This document shows positions 44,185 to 59,359 of a stretch of DNA of 64,000 nucleotides, piece by piece (position 1 is the first letter of the stretch; each line of letters starts with the position of its first letter). The stretch lies in the NCBI RefSeq assembly GCF_009914755.1, contig NC_060928.1. One strand, given 5' to 3'. The position numbers and the translations under genes are program-made. Below the pieces are notes generated by a model, which saw only the letters and a list, made by a program, of their open reading frames with translations, had not been told where the DNA came from and made no database searches. The stretch comes from the human T2T-CHM13v2.0 reference genome, Homo sapiens.

Positions 44185-45260
44185 TAATTAATATTCATTT
44201 ATTACCACCTACTACGCTCCAGATTTTATTCCCATTATTTAGAATATATCAACTGAACAAAGTAGCACAGATATCTGTCCTATCTGTTTCTATCTTTTAA
44301 TATAGAAGTAAGGGATGAAAGTCACAAGTTACCATAGTAGAGAAGTAAATTATATATTTTTAAAAATGGAGATAGGAGCAGGCTAAAGGAGATTTAACAT
44401 GGTGTGTGGGGGAAGGAAATGTGTAGTATTAAGTAGGGCAGGCGGGATTAGACCTAATTGGGAAGATGCAATTTAAACCAAGAGTTAAAGAAAGTGATGG
44501 AGTTAGCCAAGTGAATACCTAGGGGAAGAGTGGGTCAGTCAGAGAAAATAGCTAGAGAAAATGCATTAAGATGAAAGTATTCTTAGTATACTGTGGTTAC
44601 AGGAAGGAAGCTAGTATAGTTGGAGATGAGTAAGCAATGGATGAGAAGTAGATGATGAATTCAGAGGTAATGGGCAAACTGTAGAAGAATCTTATAGGCC
44701 ATTTCAATGACTTCAGCATTTGCGGAATGAGGAGCCATTGTAAGATATTCTACAGGGGAGTGAATTATCCACTTACTCTGGTTGAATAATTAAGAGCAGA
44801 CTATAAGGGGCCAAGCATGGGGGCACGGGAAACTATTAAAAGGCAATTTGCACTGATCCAAGGGAGAACCAGCATGGCAGTGATTGAGAAATGAGAACTG
44901 ATTGTATTTGGTACGTATTTTGAATGTTGAGCAAATATTTTCTGATATATTTGACACAGAATATAAAATAAACAGAAATGACTTCAAAATGTTTACTGTT
45001 TATTCCAAACAAGTAGAAAGATGAAATTGATACCAACCGATTGGAGAAAGGTTATTGATAGAGCAGGTTTCAGGATAAAGAGCAAAAATTACCTCTTGGC
45101 TATGTTGAGTTTGAGGTGTACATTAGATATCCAAGTGGAAACGTCAAGAATGGTGAAATACAGGATATAGGATTGTTGCTGGAGAAAAAACTGGGGACTT
45201 CACAATATGTAGGTCGTATTTAAAGCCATGAAGCTTGATTACATCACCAAAGATACAATC
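44185..45260 (-). mobile_element. L2a-like element
   Basis: catttattaccacctactacgctccag; ggagttagccaagtgaatacctaggggaagag; tatgttgagtttgaggtgtacattagatatccaagtggaaacgtca. Confidence 0.85.
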
Positions 45261-47090
45261 CCATGTCTGACATTAACTTGTTGGAGAGGAATATGACAGA
45301 TTATATATGATTTCAAGGTATAGGATCTAATGCCCAAATAAAGGGATGGGATTTAGATAGAATTATAGGTAACTAGACACAAAGAAAGTGCTTGTAGTTA
45401 TTTGGGCAGATAGGTACATAGAAATTATAATAGGAGTCTCTGGCATTTCTTTTAATTCTCCTAGTAAAATGCAAAGCTGAGGATAAAAAAAGTGAAAGAA
45501 CATAGGGACTGACTGGCTAGAGAAGAAAAGGAGTGAAATAGTGATTCTTCATAGTGGGAGAGAGAATTAGCAAAGTATTGCTTAAGAGCCAGGAAGCATT
45601 AAGAACCAATACACACACACACATGTGGTTTTGTATTTTCCCTCTGGCCTTGTGGAACTGACCAAAAAAAAAAAAAACAGAGTAGACAGAATTTAGGATT
45701 TAGCCAAGTTGTAAAACCCATGGGGCAAAAGACTCTTGGTGTGGGCTTAAGCAAGAGAGGATCTGTAATGATTGACAATGGAATTTACAGTGGGTAAAAA
45801 GCAGAAGAGGACATCAAGGGCCAACAGTCAGTGAGTGGAAGAAATTCCACCTACACATCACCTATATCTATATCTATTTTTCTTTTTTTAATATGTTTCA
45901 TTTTATATCTTTTTTTCTTTTTATATCTCTATTTCTATTTCTATATCATCTATGTCTACTCCATGGGATTAGAGAATATGAAGGGACAAAAAGAAAGTAG
46001 GGCACCCTATATTAGGTCAATTGCACACCCTGCTTTTTTTCCAGTAGTTGAGCCAAATGATTGCGAGAGGCAGGGCACAGCAGGGGCAGAGAATGAGAAT
46101 TCTCCCTTATAGATTTGAGGCATTCAAGAAAGAACAAATGTTCCCTCTCCTACAGATAGGTGAAAAACTATCATGTTTTACAGTAAGAAAAACTCAACAC
46201 ATCTAGGCGTACAGGTCTTAGGCAGCTCACCATGTTTTCTCTTAGTCATGGTGGAAGAAGAGTAGCAAAGTGAATTTCAGGGCACCTGAGAGAAGCTTTA
46301 TAATTGCCATGAAAGTCACTGGCATTGAAGCAGCCTTAAAAAAATGAATTGACAATTGACACAGAAGAGTAGGGTCTGATGAGCAATCTCTGTATTGACA
46401 AAACACCAGGTTTTGTTACCCATTGCTCTAAATATCCAGTTTTGTGAAATTATGTAAACTTTCATGAACTAAGATGTAGTGCAAGGGAAGATGAACTGCC
46501 AATTAAAAAATCAGCATTTGGAATAGAATTAACGTTTATAGAAAACACCTAAAAATTCTCAAATAACTTGTAGAATGAAACTCATATTCATCACTAATAA
46601 TGTAAATCACCAGTGTTACTACATCATAGATGTTCAATAATAATCAGTTTTTATAAACTTTATAATAGTTCAGAAGAGAATATGGTAATGATAACTAAAC
46701 CTAATATTGTAAAGTTTTGTAAAAATGCTAAGTAATTCAAACATGTTTCTTCCTATTTGACCCTCTCATTAATGTTATATGTAATAAGAGATGCTGTCAA
46801 TTTTCTCATTTTACATACCAAAAAGTAACCACACAATACACAATCTTTCTTCCCATTCCACCAAAAACAACTAATTTGTAAAAGGCAGTTAAAGGAAATA
46901 GAATTTTTACCCTTTCACTTAAATTAAAAAAAAAAAAAAGAAAAAGAATTTTCAAACAACCAAAATGTCTCCCCGTCCAAAGGAAAAAATATTTCTGATG
47001 AAACTAAATCTACTTCACAGTAATATTTCAAGTAGAAATAGCTAGGCTTTCTAACAGAAATGTTGTAGCAAAGATTTTCATATTAGTTGA

Positions 47091-47512
47091 TGTATTAGTC
47101 AGAATTCTCCAGAGAAACAGAACCAACAGAAGAGATTTGAGACAGAGAGAAATATTTATTTTTAAAAATTGTCTCATGCAGTTGTGAAGTTAGCAGTTTG
47201 AAGATTCAGGTAATAATTGATGTTGCAGTCTTTATTCAAAGGGCTTGAAACTCAGGTATAAACTCTATGTTGCAGCTTGGAAGCAGTTTTGTTTTCGTTT
47301 GATTTGGTTTCTGGAAACCACAGTCTTTTCTCAAGCATTTCCTCTAATTTAATTGAGGCCCACCCACATCATGAAGGGCAATGTGCTTTATTCGATGTCT
47401 ACTAATTTTAATTTTAATCACTTCTGAAGCAAAATACCTTCACCTCAACATCTAGATTGGTATTGTCCAAACCCTTATCTAGCTAAGTTGACACATAAAA
47501 TTAGCCATCTCA
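47091..47512 (-). mobile_element. MLT2 (D/C-like) solo LTR
   Basis: tgtattagtcagaattctccagagaaacagaaccaacag...aagttgacacataaaattagccatctca. Confidence 0.9.
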
Positions 47513-47729
47513 TTTGGAACACTGAAATAAATGACATTTAAGGTCACTTCTAATTTTATGATTCTACATCCTACTTATTGGAGAAAAAAAAATACCTGGC
47601 GGTTATGTTTGGAAAGACTGTTTAATTGACCCCCGAAAATGTAGGCTTACAAAATGCCATTAACCTTATTGAACATACTGAGGCACAAAACTAAGTAAAA
47701 ATAAGTCTGGAAGTCAGAAATTATTATCA

Positions 47730-48250
47730 TCTTTAACCCTTTTTTCTAATTCAAATGTTCCATCTAACCAATGGCTTTTCACTGCTTTCTTCCTTGTGGC
47801 TTTTAAATCAGCCCAGTTCTCTCTAATCCCTCTACCTATAAGTAGCTCAAGAACTACTATCATCTTTCAAGGATAATTGCAGCAGCATTTGAATTGCTCT
47901 CTCTGCCTTCAATCTATTGCAATATTCCTATCAATGTTTTCTCAACACTAAAGCAGGAAGATATTTTAAAATTAAAATTTGATCATGTCTCTTCATTACA
48001 AAAATTCAATGAAATTCCATCACTCTAAGAGTACCAAATTTCAGCACTTTCATGATCTAAGTCGTCCTTATGAACACTCTGGCTTTATATTTTATTTTGT
48101 TAGCATTCAAACTTAATATTTTATATGCATAGATTTATGGGCTTCTCTATAAGATGTGCTTTCTCTTCCTTCTAGGCTACTGTTTAGGGTATTTCTTCTA
48201 TTTGAACTAGGCCCCTGTCACTCCCTGCAGGCCCATTGTGACTTTGCCTA
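47730..48250 (+). mobile_element. L2 fragment
   Basis: ctcaacactaaagcaggaagatattttaaaattaaaatttgatcatgtc. Confidence 0.65.
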
Positions 48251-49219
48251 AAAAATTCTGATTAAGTAACCCAAGAAGGGGCTGAAAGCTTAGGTCCATC
48301 TTGATTTAGTAGTTTATATGATTTCTGTGACTGTTCTTTACTAACCTGACTTATTTTTTATTCAGAGACAGAAAAATAATGTTTGATTTGCCAAAAAAAC
48401 TGCTAGGTTTAGAGGAAAAAGATCCACTAATATCAACAATATTAATCAAATGTAAGTTATCTGTGATGGGTTTTCATTAAAGATACTTCCCTCTTCTGTT
48501 TTGAAAGATATGTATCCTCTTATGAAAGAAAAATGGACTCAAACCCAATTCCCAATTAGGAAATTATTGGTAAAATATACTGAAGTTATCTTGGCCTATT
48601 CTATGGCATTTAAAGTGAAAATTATTAGAAAGAAAACACTCAAAATAAAATATTCTTTTTGTGTGGGGAAAAGTGATTTCAATGACAATATTTTCAGTAC
48701 GTGTGAATTTAATGAAAGCATGTTCATTAATTTTGATTGCTATTACTTAAATTGTCTAACATCATTTTCCTGTAGCAGAATCAAATGGGTAATTTCAAAC
48801 TAAAAATGGCATACAACACTGATCTGAGACTAGAAATATTGTTCAATCGATTTCTTCCTAGGCTTTCAAAATCAGTGAACTCTACCATCTTAACACTATT
48901 ATTTCTAAATCAGATAAGAAGAATGGATTTTTCTTATAATGTATGAACCAAATGAAGAACTAAAAATTTAGTCATAGATTTTTGTCAATACAAATAAATA
49001 CATGAGTAAATGGGCAACGCTTCCAAATGAGTCCATTGCCTATAGCAGTTTCAGCCAAATTGTTCCATTGTAAGAACACAATTGTAAATGTTTTGTGATC
49101 ACTTTATATTATTTAGTAAAATATATTTGAGAGATTTATCTTTGCATACCCCTGATCTTAGAACATATATCTGCAATTTGCAGATATTTTATCTTAAATA
49201 CATTTTTATATTTTCCCTT

Positions 49220-49662
49220 CTTTCTTTGCTTAATATTTTAGGAACAACCTTATCCAAGCCCCTTTGCCCTCTAGCAGTGGGAGGAACTGTAAGAACAGAG
49301 GTCAAGTGTAGAGAAGAAGCAAGATTATTTCTGTGCTCCCAGAATTTGTTTCCAGTGGCCTCACTGGTATCAGCTGTTTCTTCCTTGTGATTCTAGCTCC
49401 TGCAAAATAGCCCTTTTCTCTGTGGTCTTAGATCCTGCTGAGGTTTGCCTCTGCTATAGAGAAGCTTCAGGGCTCACATAATATCACTTCTTTCATGTGT
49501 CCCTCCAGTCCTAGGAGTGGTAGTGCTTCCTGCTGTTTCTAATCTCTTACTTACTTCCTCATACATTGAGTTCCTCTGGTCTTCAGTCACCCATGTAACC
49601 AATTCCCTGTGTTAAATTTTCTCTGATTGAGACACCTAGTGGGTTTCAAGTTTCTCTGCATA
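49220..49662 (+). mobile_element. LTR33-like ERVL LTR
   Basis: ccctccagtcctaggagtggtagtgcttcctgctg...gtaaccaattccctgtgttaaattttctctg. Confidence 0.7.
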
Positions 49663-50739
49663 CAAATAGGTTGTTGTTTCTTTTTTAGGCATAAAAAAAG
49701 ATTGGAGAAATTCTAACGTGATTCTGCCATGAGAACAAATCCCTTTGATAAAGCAGTACTTCCAGCTCAACCCTCCAATAGGGTCCCAAGTTCATGGGAA
49801 TTAAAAATGTTTATGCTTCGTATTACATATTAAGAAACCTACAAAGAAAATCTCATTACAATGCTCCTGAATTACATGACTATTTTCTTCTCTGTGTGTT
49901 TAAAACTTAATATTTCAACATCAACTAATGTCCTTAACTAATATACTTCTAGGGCCTTTTGTGTCTTCCGTAAGCACCAATATATGCATGTAGAAGCTAA
50001 AGATATATGAGACACAGTTTCTGCCCTAAAAAAATGTAGTGGGAGAAAAACACACATGAACAGAAAATGAAAAAAACAGCAACAACAACAACAAAAGACA
50101 GGATAATGAACAGAATGGAGATTTTCAGATGTGATATAGGAACATGTAATACATAAAACACAGCTAGAAAAGGCTTATAAAGGCCTCATAAAAGAGTTAA
50201 GTATCACTTAAGAATATATAATGCTATAATCAATATATATAACCTAAATATCTGTACTTGTGAATTACCTAGAATATACTTTTAATATATTTGTATATTT
50301 CCATGGAACCCTACAATAATTCATTTATCTGTTTACCTTAGTCACATCCAGAGACTCACACTGGACTCACACTGGTTAACTATCCTGTACATTCAATTCA
50401 ATAATTTCATACAAATTCCCTATAACAAATTTGTCCATATACTCAATATTTTTTGTCTTCCCTCCATCTTTACCTCTTATTATAACTTGACTGTGGCTTT
50501 TTCTCACAACCCATTTCCCTGAAGACATTGTATATGAAGGTTATACTTTTGTCCCTGACACTCTTGTAGTTCAGTGGCTTGGGTTTGGATACGTTCTTTT
50601 CTTTTGCCTTCTTGTGGTTTCTGAATTTCTTTTCTTGTTATTTTTCTACTATCTCTTTTATCTTCATTTCTCTTCTAGATAATTTATGTTATTGTAGACA
50701 TATACTTTAGTATTTTTAACTTTAGAAATTCCTTCCTCA

Positions 50740-51870
50740 ACTCTGTATTTTCCTAAGTTTACCATTCTATATCTCTGATTTGCTTCATAGCAAAATGGGT
50801 TGAAAAAGTTATCCACATTTGGTTGTACCTGCTTCTTACTTCACAAATCCTTAAACAAATTTTCCCTCAGTTTTGTTCCTACAACTGCATTGAGGCTCTT
50901 CTTTTACATCCTCCTTGATTTCTACCTTTCAAAATTCAATAATGAGTTCCTTTTCAAATTTTTGAACCCTCAGATATATTTGGAAAAATTGATAATTTTA
51001 TTTTATTTTGTCTTCAATTACCTTACACTACCTTGATTTTTATACCTCACCAATTGTTCTTTCTCTATGTTAGCTCTTTCTTCGTTCCTGATCTATAAAA
51101 TGAGGTCCATTTGAGGCTTGATTTTATTATTGTATCTATATGATTTCCAGGGAGCATTCATTCAGGCTCTTGGATTTAAAAACAACTCTGATCTATAATA
51201 AATTTCAACCTATAAGTCTATGCTTATAATCTATAATTTTATTCTGGATCTTCCATATAGACTTTTCTATAAATTTTCAGCTTGCACATTGAACTGCCCA
51301 CTTGATATCTGATCTTAGAAGTTTAACAGACACCTCCAACTTAACGTGAGCCCAAAAGCCTTGTTGTGACATTTTCAAAACATGCTCCTCTTTTAGTCTG
51401 AGAATATTGCCCCTTTAGAAAACTCTGTCATAATTCATATAGTTTATCCAGTCACAAATGCATGTATTGTTTTGGAGAACCCTTTCTCTTACCCTTATAA
51501 ATCCATGAGCACTTCATTTTGTCTTTAACTCCACAAAATATCTGGAGTTTATCCAACAAATTCTATCACCTAATTCTATCATGGGAACCTCGCTCCTCGT
51601 GACTTCTTCTAATCCTAATTACCTCCCTAACATCCTATATCCAAATACCCTCACATTGAGAATTAGGGCTTCAATATTTCAATTTCTGGAGGACAAAAAT
51701 ATATTCAGTCCATATCAACATATTAAACATAAAAATAAATGTACCCATATTTTTCGTCTTTTCCTTTACATTGTAAGTTACATGAGAGCAAACAACATAC
51801 TTGTCCAATATACATATTTATTTGGTGCCAAATAAATGTCTGCTGAAAAAATGAATAATTTAATGAGAAA
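50740..51870 (+). mobile_element. L2 fragments, interrupted by an MLT1A stub
   Basis: cacttgatatctgatcttagaagtttaacagacacctccaacttaac; terminal aataaatgtctgctgaaaaaatgaataa. Confidence 0.65.
51590..51720 (-). mobile_element. MLT1A-type LTR fragment
   Basis: ctaatcctaattacctccc...tccaaataccctcacattgagaattagggcttcaata...attcagtccata. Confidence 0.8.
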
Positions 51871-52159
51871 TTAAAGGAATGTTTGAGTAGAGAATTATAG
51901 ATTAAAGCTACAGATGAAGGTCGATGTTATTATAATAGACATATGATGTTGCCAAGACAATATATTTAAGAGGAGAAAAATATAGTGAAAAACTTTGCAG
52001 TGGTACAAATTGAGAACAAACAATTTGAAGATTTAATTATAAGAATGATGAGTGTGTTCTGGTTACAAAAAGTCACAGGGTTTCTTATCGTTGTTATTTT
52101 ATTTTACTTTTGTCCTGTTGAGGCAATAATTAAGAACAAATAATCACTTATTGAATAGC

Positions 52160-52545
52160 GCAGGAAAACAGCCTGCCTGCTGCATGGCACGAGTGACTAC
52201 GCCACCATCTTGAGGAAAACCATCACAATGCCCAATGTTTGACTCCTGCGTATCACGGTGTTCTGAAGCAAGGTCTTTTTCCCCGGAAGTAACAAGTCAC
52301 AGCATGGAAGTCTGAGATGTAACTAGCTGCACTTGTCTTTACCCTAAATGCTTGCTATCTAAAGGACATTCTCTAGAGGAGATTGCGAAATCCACCGTAT
52401 CACAACCACCCAAGATATCATTTCTGTTCATAAGTCCCTATTAAATATGTATTTCTGAGAAACTGGCTTTTTTTCAGCATCTTTCTTCAGCATCTCAGCT
52501 CCCTCAGCCTTTGGGGGTAGATTTGAATATACCCATCATTTTTAT
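52160..52545 (+). mobile_element. ERVL-type solo LTR (family uncertain)
   Basis: gtctgagatgtaactagctgcac...accctaaatgcttgctatctaaagga (TATA-like), ccctattaaat poly(A) signal, cagctccctcagcctttgggggtag. Confidence 0.6.
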
Positions 52546-53677
52546 GGTCTTAGCATGGTCTCAATGTACTTCAACTGGCCTGTTATAAATTAGGGAATGA
52601 TGCTTAGTACCAATCTTCTCTATGTGAGATGCAAAGAGAGAGTAGAATAGAAGATAAAAGAAGTTCAAATGGGGTCAGTTAACCTCTGAAGCCAGGCTCA
52701 GATTTCAGGCTTTCTAAAATGTTTTTCAAGATAAAAAATAAATACGCTCTGTTTTCAACTCAGGTTGGGAATGCAACTTTTGCATTTATCCCCTGATATT
52801 GTCTATTAGTTGCTTTTGCAACCTAAGACCTAGAATAAAAATATGCCCTAAGGGCCTCTAAGCTTTTCTAAGTATCTACTCATCTCTGCAATGATACCTG
52901 CTGCAGCTGCTAACTGCTTCAGCAAGAAAAAAAACACATACACACCATATGAAATTACATCTCTTCTTCAAAAGTAAGTCTTATATTTTAGCTATTCACA
53001 TTTCACAAACATCTTCTGATAAGATACTGAGTGAGCAGTTAGAAGAAATGACATTCACAAACATACTGCTAAAAATAGTTATTGCTTCTAATAATCAATG
53101 AGATTTTATTGCATTTGCAGAAGGCCTGGGGTAGGAGGGCATATTGGTCAGGGTGATGTTTTACCATTTATGACAGAAAAGTAACATTATTTAACCTTTC
53201 TAATATTCTACTACTAATGTATTCTACTTATAAAGATAAAACAGGCTGCATTTTTACTTCTGAATGAAAAAAATGAGTTTGACTCTAAAATGATTTCTAC
53301 ACCAATAATGAAATGTTTTTGTTAATTAACATTGGGTGATGTATTACTACTGATACACGAATTAGTCATCAAAATAAATGCTTCTAAATAAGTAGTTACG
53401 TAACCAAAAATGGAGAAACAAGAATAATAAGATACACAACGAGTTCACAATAGAGATGAGTCTTCCTTCCATGTGAACCACTTGTCACTGATGTCAGCAT
53501 AGTTTGGGATGTAGATTAAGAATGAGATTCTTTATCTTGAAATTATGAATTTCTGATAAATCTATGGGTAGCCAAAATATGTATTTTTTAATAAGCATTC
53601 CAGATTATTTGTGTATTTGAGTATTACCATTGTCCCAGAGCATAAGACTCCAGAAAGGTACAAAAAATAAAACACAG

Positions 53678-54375
<698 letters not shown>

Positions 54376-54767
54376 CAATCAAATAAATACAACATCAACA
54401 ACAGTACTCACTTAACTCCATACTCTCTTCTATATAAAATGATAAAAAGATAAAATATGAACCTGTGAAAGTTTTAAATATATTTACAAGTAGCATCCCA
54501 TATGTTGAAAAATTTAGGTCCAAGGATATTAAGCTTTATAGCTTATTTATTTTTTCTCTCTCTGTAATTGTGATCCCAGTGTTTTTCCGTTTTTTCCTTC
54601 CTTCCTTATTCCTTTCTTCTTTTATTGCCTCTTTCCACCCTTGTTCTGTTTTTCTTTTCTTCAGTTCTTTACTGCATTGTTTTCTTCCTTCCTTTTGTTA
54701 AGTTATTGATTTGGAAAGTAGAAAGAACACTTATCAAAAGAAGAAAGAACCTTACTTTAGGATAATA

Positions 54768-54880
54768 GCTTGAAACCAGGGGCCAGAGGTTGCAGTGAGC
54801 CGAGATCGCTCCACTGCACTCCAGCCTGGGTGACAGAGCGAGACTCCATCTCAAAATAAATAAATAAATTAATTATATTT
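54768..54880 (+). mobile_element. 5'-truncated Alu (end of right arm)
   Basis: gcttgaaaccagg...gagactccatctcaaaataaataaa; TSD aaagaa(c/t)c(t/c)tac(t/c)tta at ~54744 and ~54885. Confidence 0.9.
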
Positions 54881-54889
54881 TTTAAAAGA

Positions 54890-55490
54890 ATCCTACCTTA
54901 AATGAACTTACATTCTATTATGGAGAAACAGATAATAACCACACAAACAAGTAACGTAGGTAATCTTTTAAATTCTGATAAGTTCTCTGGGGAAAAAATA
55001 AAGCAAATAAAAGGGATAAAATTACAAGGTTGGGTCATTACTATTTTAAGTAGAATGGACAAAGCAAGATACCTTGTTGAAAAAAAAATTTTTTGAACGG
55101 AAACGTGAAGGAGGCAAAAGTGAGAGACATGCAGTTATCTGAGGGAAGAACATTCCAGGTAGAGAAAACTGAAACGCAAGTGCCATTTGCAGTGGCAGTG
55201 TGTGTGTTGGGCGGGGAGGTTGGGGAGGGCGTGTTTTGGGTGTATTTGAGGAATATCAAGAATATTGGTTTTATCAGTGCAAACCTATAGAAGAGTGATT
55301 TTAAATGAATTTAAAGAAATGGGCAAGAAATAGAGTTCACATTTTAAAAAGTTTTAAGCCATTGTAAGGCCTTTAAATTTTCCTCCGAGTGAAACAAGAT
55401 ACTACTGGAATATTTTGTACAGAGGTGTAATATGATCTAACTCATGTTTTAAAAGTATCATTTTGACTCATATAGTAAGCATAGAATGTT
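54890..55490 (-). mobile_element. L2 fragment
   Basis: gagggaagaacattccaggtagag; taagccattgtaaggcctttaaattttcctccgagtgaaa. Confidence 0.75.
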
Positions 55491-55927
55491 CTGGGTTATT
55501 TTTTAAAGATACAACTATGAATTCAAAGTTATAGTTGTCTATATCTTCCTGAATATCAAGTATATGGTCAAAATTCACTTCTGAAAAGTAGATTTTGAAT
55601 CTTAGATTTCAGAACCCTAAATGAATTTAAATGTATCTTGGAATTTGGGGTTGCTGTTTCACACAGGACGAAGAAAGTCAAAAGAGATAATAACATTCAT
55701 CCTTACAACCAAAGCAAGACAAGTAAGCTAATGAGTCATAGTTTTCCTGAACCCATGTGCAAACTGAGTTTACAGTTTCCTCACTAAATTCTAGAATAGA
55801 ATGGACTCTCCATAAAAAATAAGAGATTCATGGCTGTTTTCATGCCCAGCAGGACAGCAAGAGAAGAAATAATCTAACGTAGACCCAAAAGTGGAGTTAA
55901 ATAACTAAACAACCAATATTTCAACAA

Positions 55928-56308
55928 TTTCTTTCTTTCTTCCTTTCTTCTTCTCTTTCTTTTTTCTTTTCTTCTTTTCCTTCATTTTCTTTCCTTTCCC
56001 CTCCTTTTCTTTTTTCTTTTTACACAGTATCTCACTCTGTTGCCCAGGCTGGAGTGTAGTGGTGTGCACTCATGACTCACTGTAGCCTCAACCTTCCAGG
56101 CTCAAGCCATCCTTCCACCTCAGCCCCCTCCACCTCCCGGCCTCTCCAGTAGCTGGTACTACAGGCATGTGCCATCAGGCCTGGTTAACTAATTTTTTTT
56201 TTTTTTTTTTTAAAGAGAGATAGGGTCCCACTATGTTGCCGAGGCTGGTTTCCAACTCGTGGTCTCAAGTGATCCTCCCGCCTCAGCTGCCCAAAGTGCT
56301 GGGATTAC
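55928..56308 (-). mobile_element. AluJ, lacking ~20 nt of its 5' end, with tail expanded to a pyrimidine tract
   Basis: ctcactgtagcctcaacc, ctcaagtgatcctccc; TSD atttcaa(c/a)aattt. Confidence 0.9.
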
Positions 56309-58798
56309 CATTTCAAAAATTTTTAAGTGTGTTTGTGATTGTGACATACTAGATGTTAGAAGAGCCCTGATCAAGTAGTTCACTTTTACCCATCCACCGT
56401 CTTCTATTGACATTCCTTTAGTCCGGCATTCCAGAGATTGAGGTAGGAAAAGTGATGTCTGGGACATAAGAGGTCTCAATTTACTGGCTTACCTGGTACT
56501 GAAAATGAGGTGAAAAAACAAGAAAGCTGAGAGAAATCAACATGTTCCCAAGTGCTGTATGTGAACAATAAATCTGAGACATACCTCTAAGGCTTTTCCA
56601 GAGACAAGAAAGCTCTCAACCTGTAAAGAATTCCTGGGACATGACTGAGAGCAACGAGAACTTCCAGTGGTCCAGAAGGTTAGCAGATATAGTGTAGAGC
56701 ATACACAGATATACTATAGTTCATAACACTGGTGGCTTAGCTGTAAATCACAAAATAGCACTGGAATTATACTAGTGATCATAGCACATAGTCCAAGAAG
56801 AAAAAATTTTGATCTTGTTCTTAAACTTTGTGGAGCCAGTGGTGAAATGAGTCACACAAAGATGCAACAATGATTGAACCCAGCCCTCTTTAGACTAACA
56901 TATTCTTGTCCATCACCACCAATATTACAATAAAAATCAAGACACATGAAGGAGCATACCTTTTTCTGAAAGTAAATATTGCTTACCTCAGTCTCTATTG
57001 TTATTTGATGCAAAACACCCAGCATGCAATTTGAATCAATAAGACATGTAAAGGAGCAAAAAAATGTAACTCATGCTAAAGAAAAAAAAAAAGAGTGAGA
57101 GAGAGACAACAAAAGCAGATCCAGAAATGGTTAAACTTGTGGCATTATAAGGGAGGAGCTTTAAAATAACAATTATATAAATATAGAAACATCTAGTGGA
57201 AATGGTGATCAGTATTTATCAAGTTATGGGAATTTGCAGCAGAGATGTAAAAATGCTATTATTTTACAGTTCCATATTTTAATATAAAAAGAGTATGTTA
57301 AAAATAAAATTGGTAAAAACAAAATGTATCAAAAATTAAGATTTATGTAGATAGTCTTAACAGTAGAATAAATTTTGCAGTAGAAAAAATCAATAGACTT
57401 AGAAAAATCAATAGAAGTAATCAAACTAAAATATAAAACAAATAGAAAAAAAGATGAGTGAAATAAAAGAATACACAGAGAATCCAATATTAGTGAGAAA
57501 ATGTTAAGCAGTATAAAATGCCTGTGACCAGAGATAAAAAAAGAAAGAGCTATAGAAAAAATTAACTAAATCACTGAAATTTTTCTAAAAATTAAAAAAA
57601 TACATCAATCTGAATCCAAGAAGCTCAGGAGCCCTCAAAAAGGATAGGTATGTAAAACAACATATAGAGTTACATCATTTCAAACTGTGAAAACTAAAGA
57701 TAAATTCATAACATTATTCATAAGGAAAAGATATCTTACATATGGTAAATGAAAATACTGAGGCACAGTTGACCTCACCAGAAAAATTAATGATGAATGA
57801 CATTAAGATGATTTTTTGACTATTAAAAAATAAGAAATATCAATTTAGAATTATATATATGTAATGGTGTAATCCTTTAAAATGGAGGCAAAATATAGAT
57901 ATTTCAAAAGAAAATAAATAGCAAGATGACATACCTAAAGCTACTTTTATCAGTAATCACATTAAATACAAATGGTCTAAAGGAATCAATTGAAAGACAT
58001 AGATTGCCATATTTGATGGAGCCCTATGTTTCTTACAAGGAACATAATTTAAATATAAAGACATAAATTAGCTAAAAGGAAACATGATACTAACACTTGT
58101 CTATCTGACAAAGTAGCTTTTTTTCTTTCTTTTTTTTGCTGACTCACATGTCAGGTGATGACAGTAGATTTCTAGCAAAGTGTATTACCAGAAAATAAGA
58201 ATCTTATTTTACGATGACAAAGGAGTTAGTTTATCAAAAGGACATGTAATTCTGAAATTTAGTGTATCTAATATCAGAGATGCAAAATAGATGAAGCAAC
58301 AATAGAATTGCAAGGAAAACTGACAAATCCCCAAGTATTGTTAAAATTTTTAATATCCTTCTTTCATTTATTTGTAGAACAAGTAAACAAAATCAACAAG
58401 AATCAGGATTTTAACATCATCAATCAACTAGACCCATTGACATTTATGTAACACTTTACTCAGAAACAGCAGAATTCATATTTTCAAGTGCACAAAAAGC
58501 ATTTATCAAGATAGACAACACTTTGAGTAGTAAAACAAATCTCAATAAATTGAAAAGTATTCAAGTCATACAAAGCATGTTATCTGACACCCATGTAATT
58601 AAACTAGAAATGAATAACTCAACAATATTTATAAAATACACAGATCTTTGGAAACTAACACAATTCTAAATAATCCTTACCAAAGGGTATACCAAAAAGG
58701 AATTTACAAGGTAAATATGAGATAAAAGAAAACAAAAACACCTATCAATATTTGTGGGATAACACTAAAGCTGCAAATAAGAGAGACTTTTTAAGACT

Positions 58799-59216
58799 TG
58801 TCTTTATCCATTTGTGCTGCAATAACAAAATATCATAAAATGTGTTATTTATAAACAACAGAATTTTTTCACAGTTCTGGAAGCTGAGAATTCCAGAACT
58901 ATGAAAAATCTCAAAGAGCCAGTTGATCTAATATCTGGAGAGGACCGCTTTCTGTTTCCAAGATAGCTCCTTGTTGTTATGTCTTTGAAAGGAGGTGAAT
59001 ACTGTGTCCTCATGTGGTAGACAGTATGGAAGGGCAACAAAGGAGGTCTGGATAGCTCTCCCAGGCATTTTTTTAATAATGCACTGATTCCACATATGAG
59101 ACCAGAACTCTCATGGCCTAATTACGTCTTAAAGTTCCCATTACTTACTACTGTTGCACTAGGGATTAAATTTCAACATAAATTTTGAAGGGGACACAAC
59201 AATTGAAACCATAGCA
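58799..59216 (-). mobile_element. MST (B/D-like) solo LTR
   Basis: tgtctttatccatttgtgctgcaataacaaaata...tttcaacataaattttgaaggggacac...aaaccatagca. Confidence 0.88.
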
Positions 59217-59359
59217 GCATTGAATATCTATATTAGAAGATGAGAAAGGTATCTTATTAATAATCTCAGCTTCCATCTTAAGAAAGCAGACAATCAGATT
59301 ATTCTGAAAATAAGTCAAAGGAAAGAAATAATAAATTTCAGAGTAAAAATCAATAAACT

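Larger units (their letters stand above)
55630..59355 (+). mobile_element. Old L1M (MC/MD/ME-type): 5' region, ORF1 and ORF2 EN remnants; resumes at ~62620-62830
   Basis: tatcagtaatcacattaaatacaaatggtctaa (ORF2 start region); caagtgcacaaaaagcatttatcaagatagac; the 5' boundary is uncertain. Confidence 0.7.
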
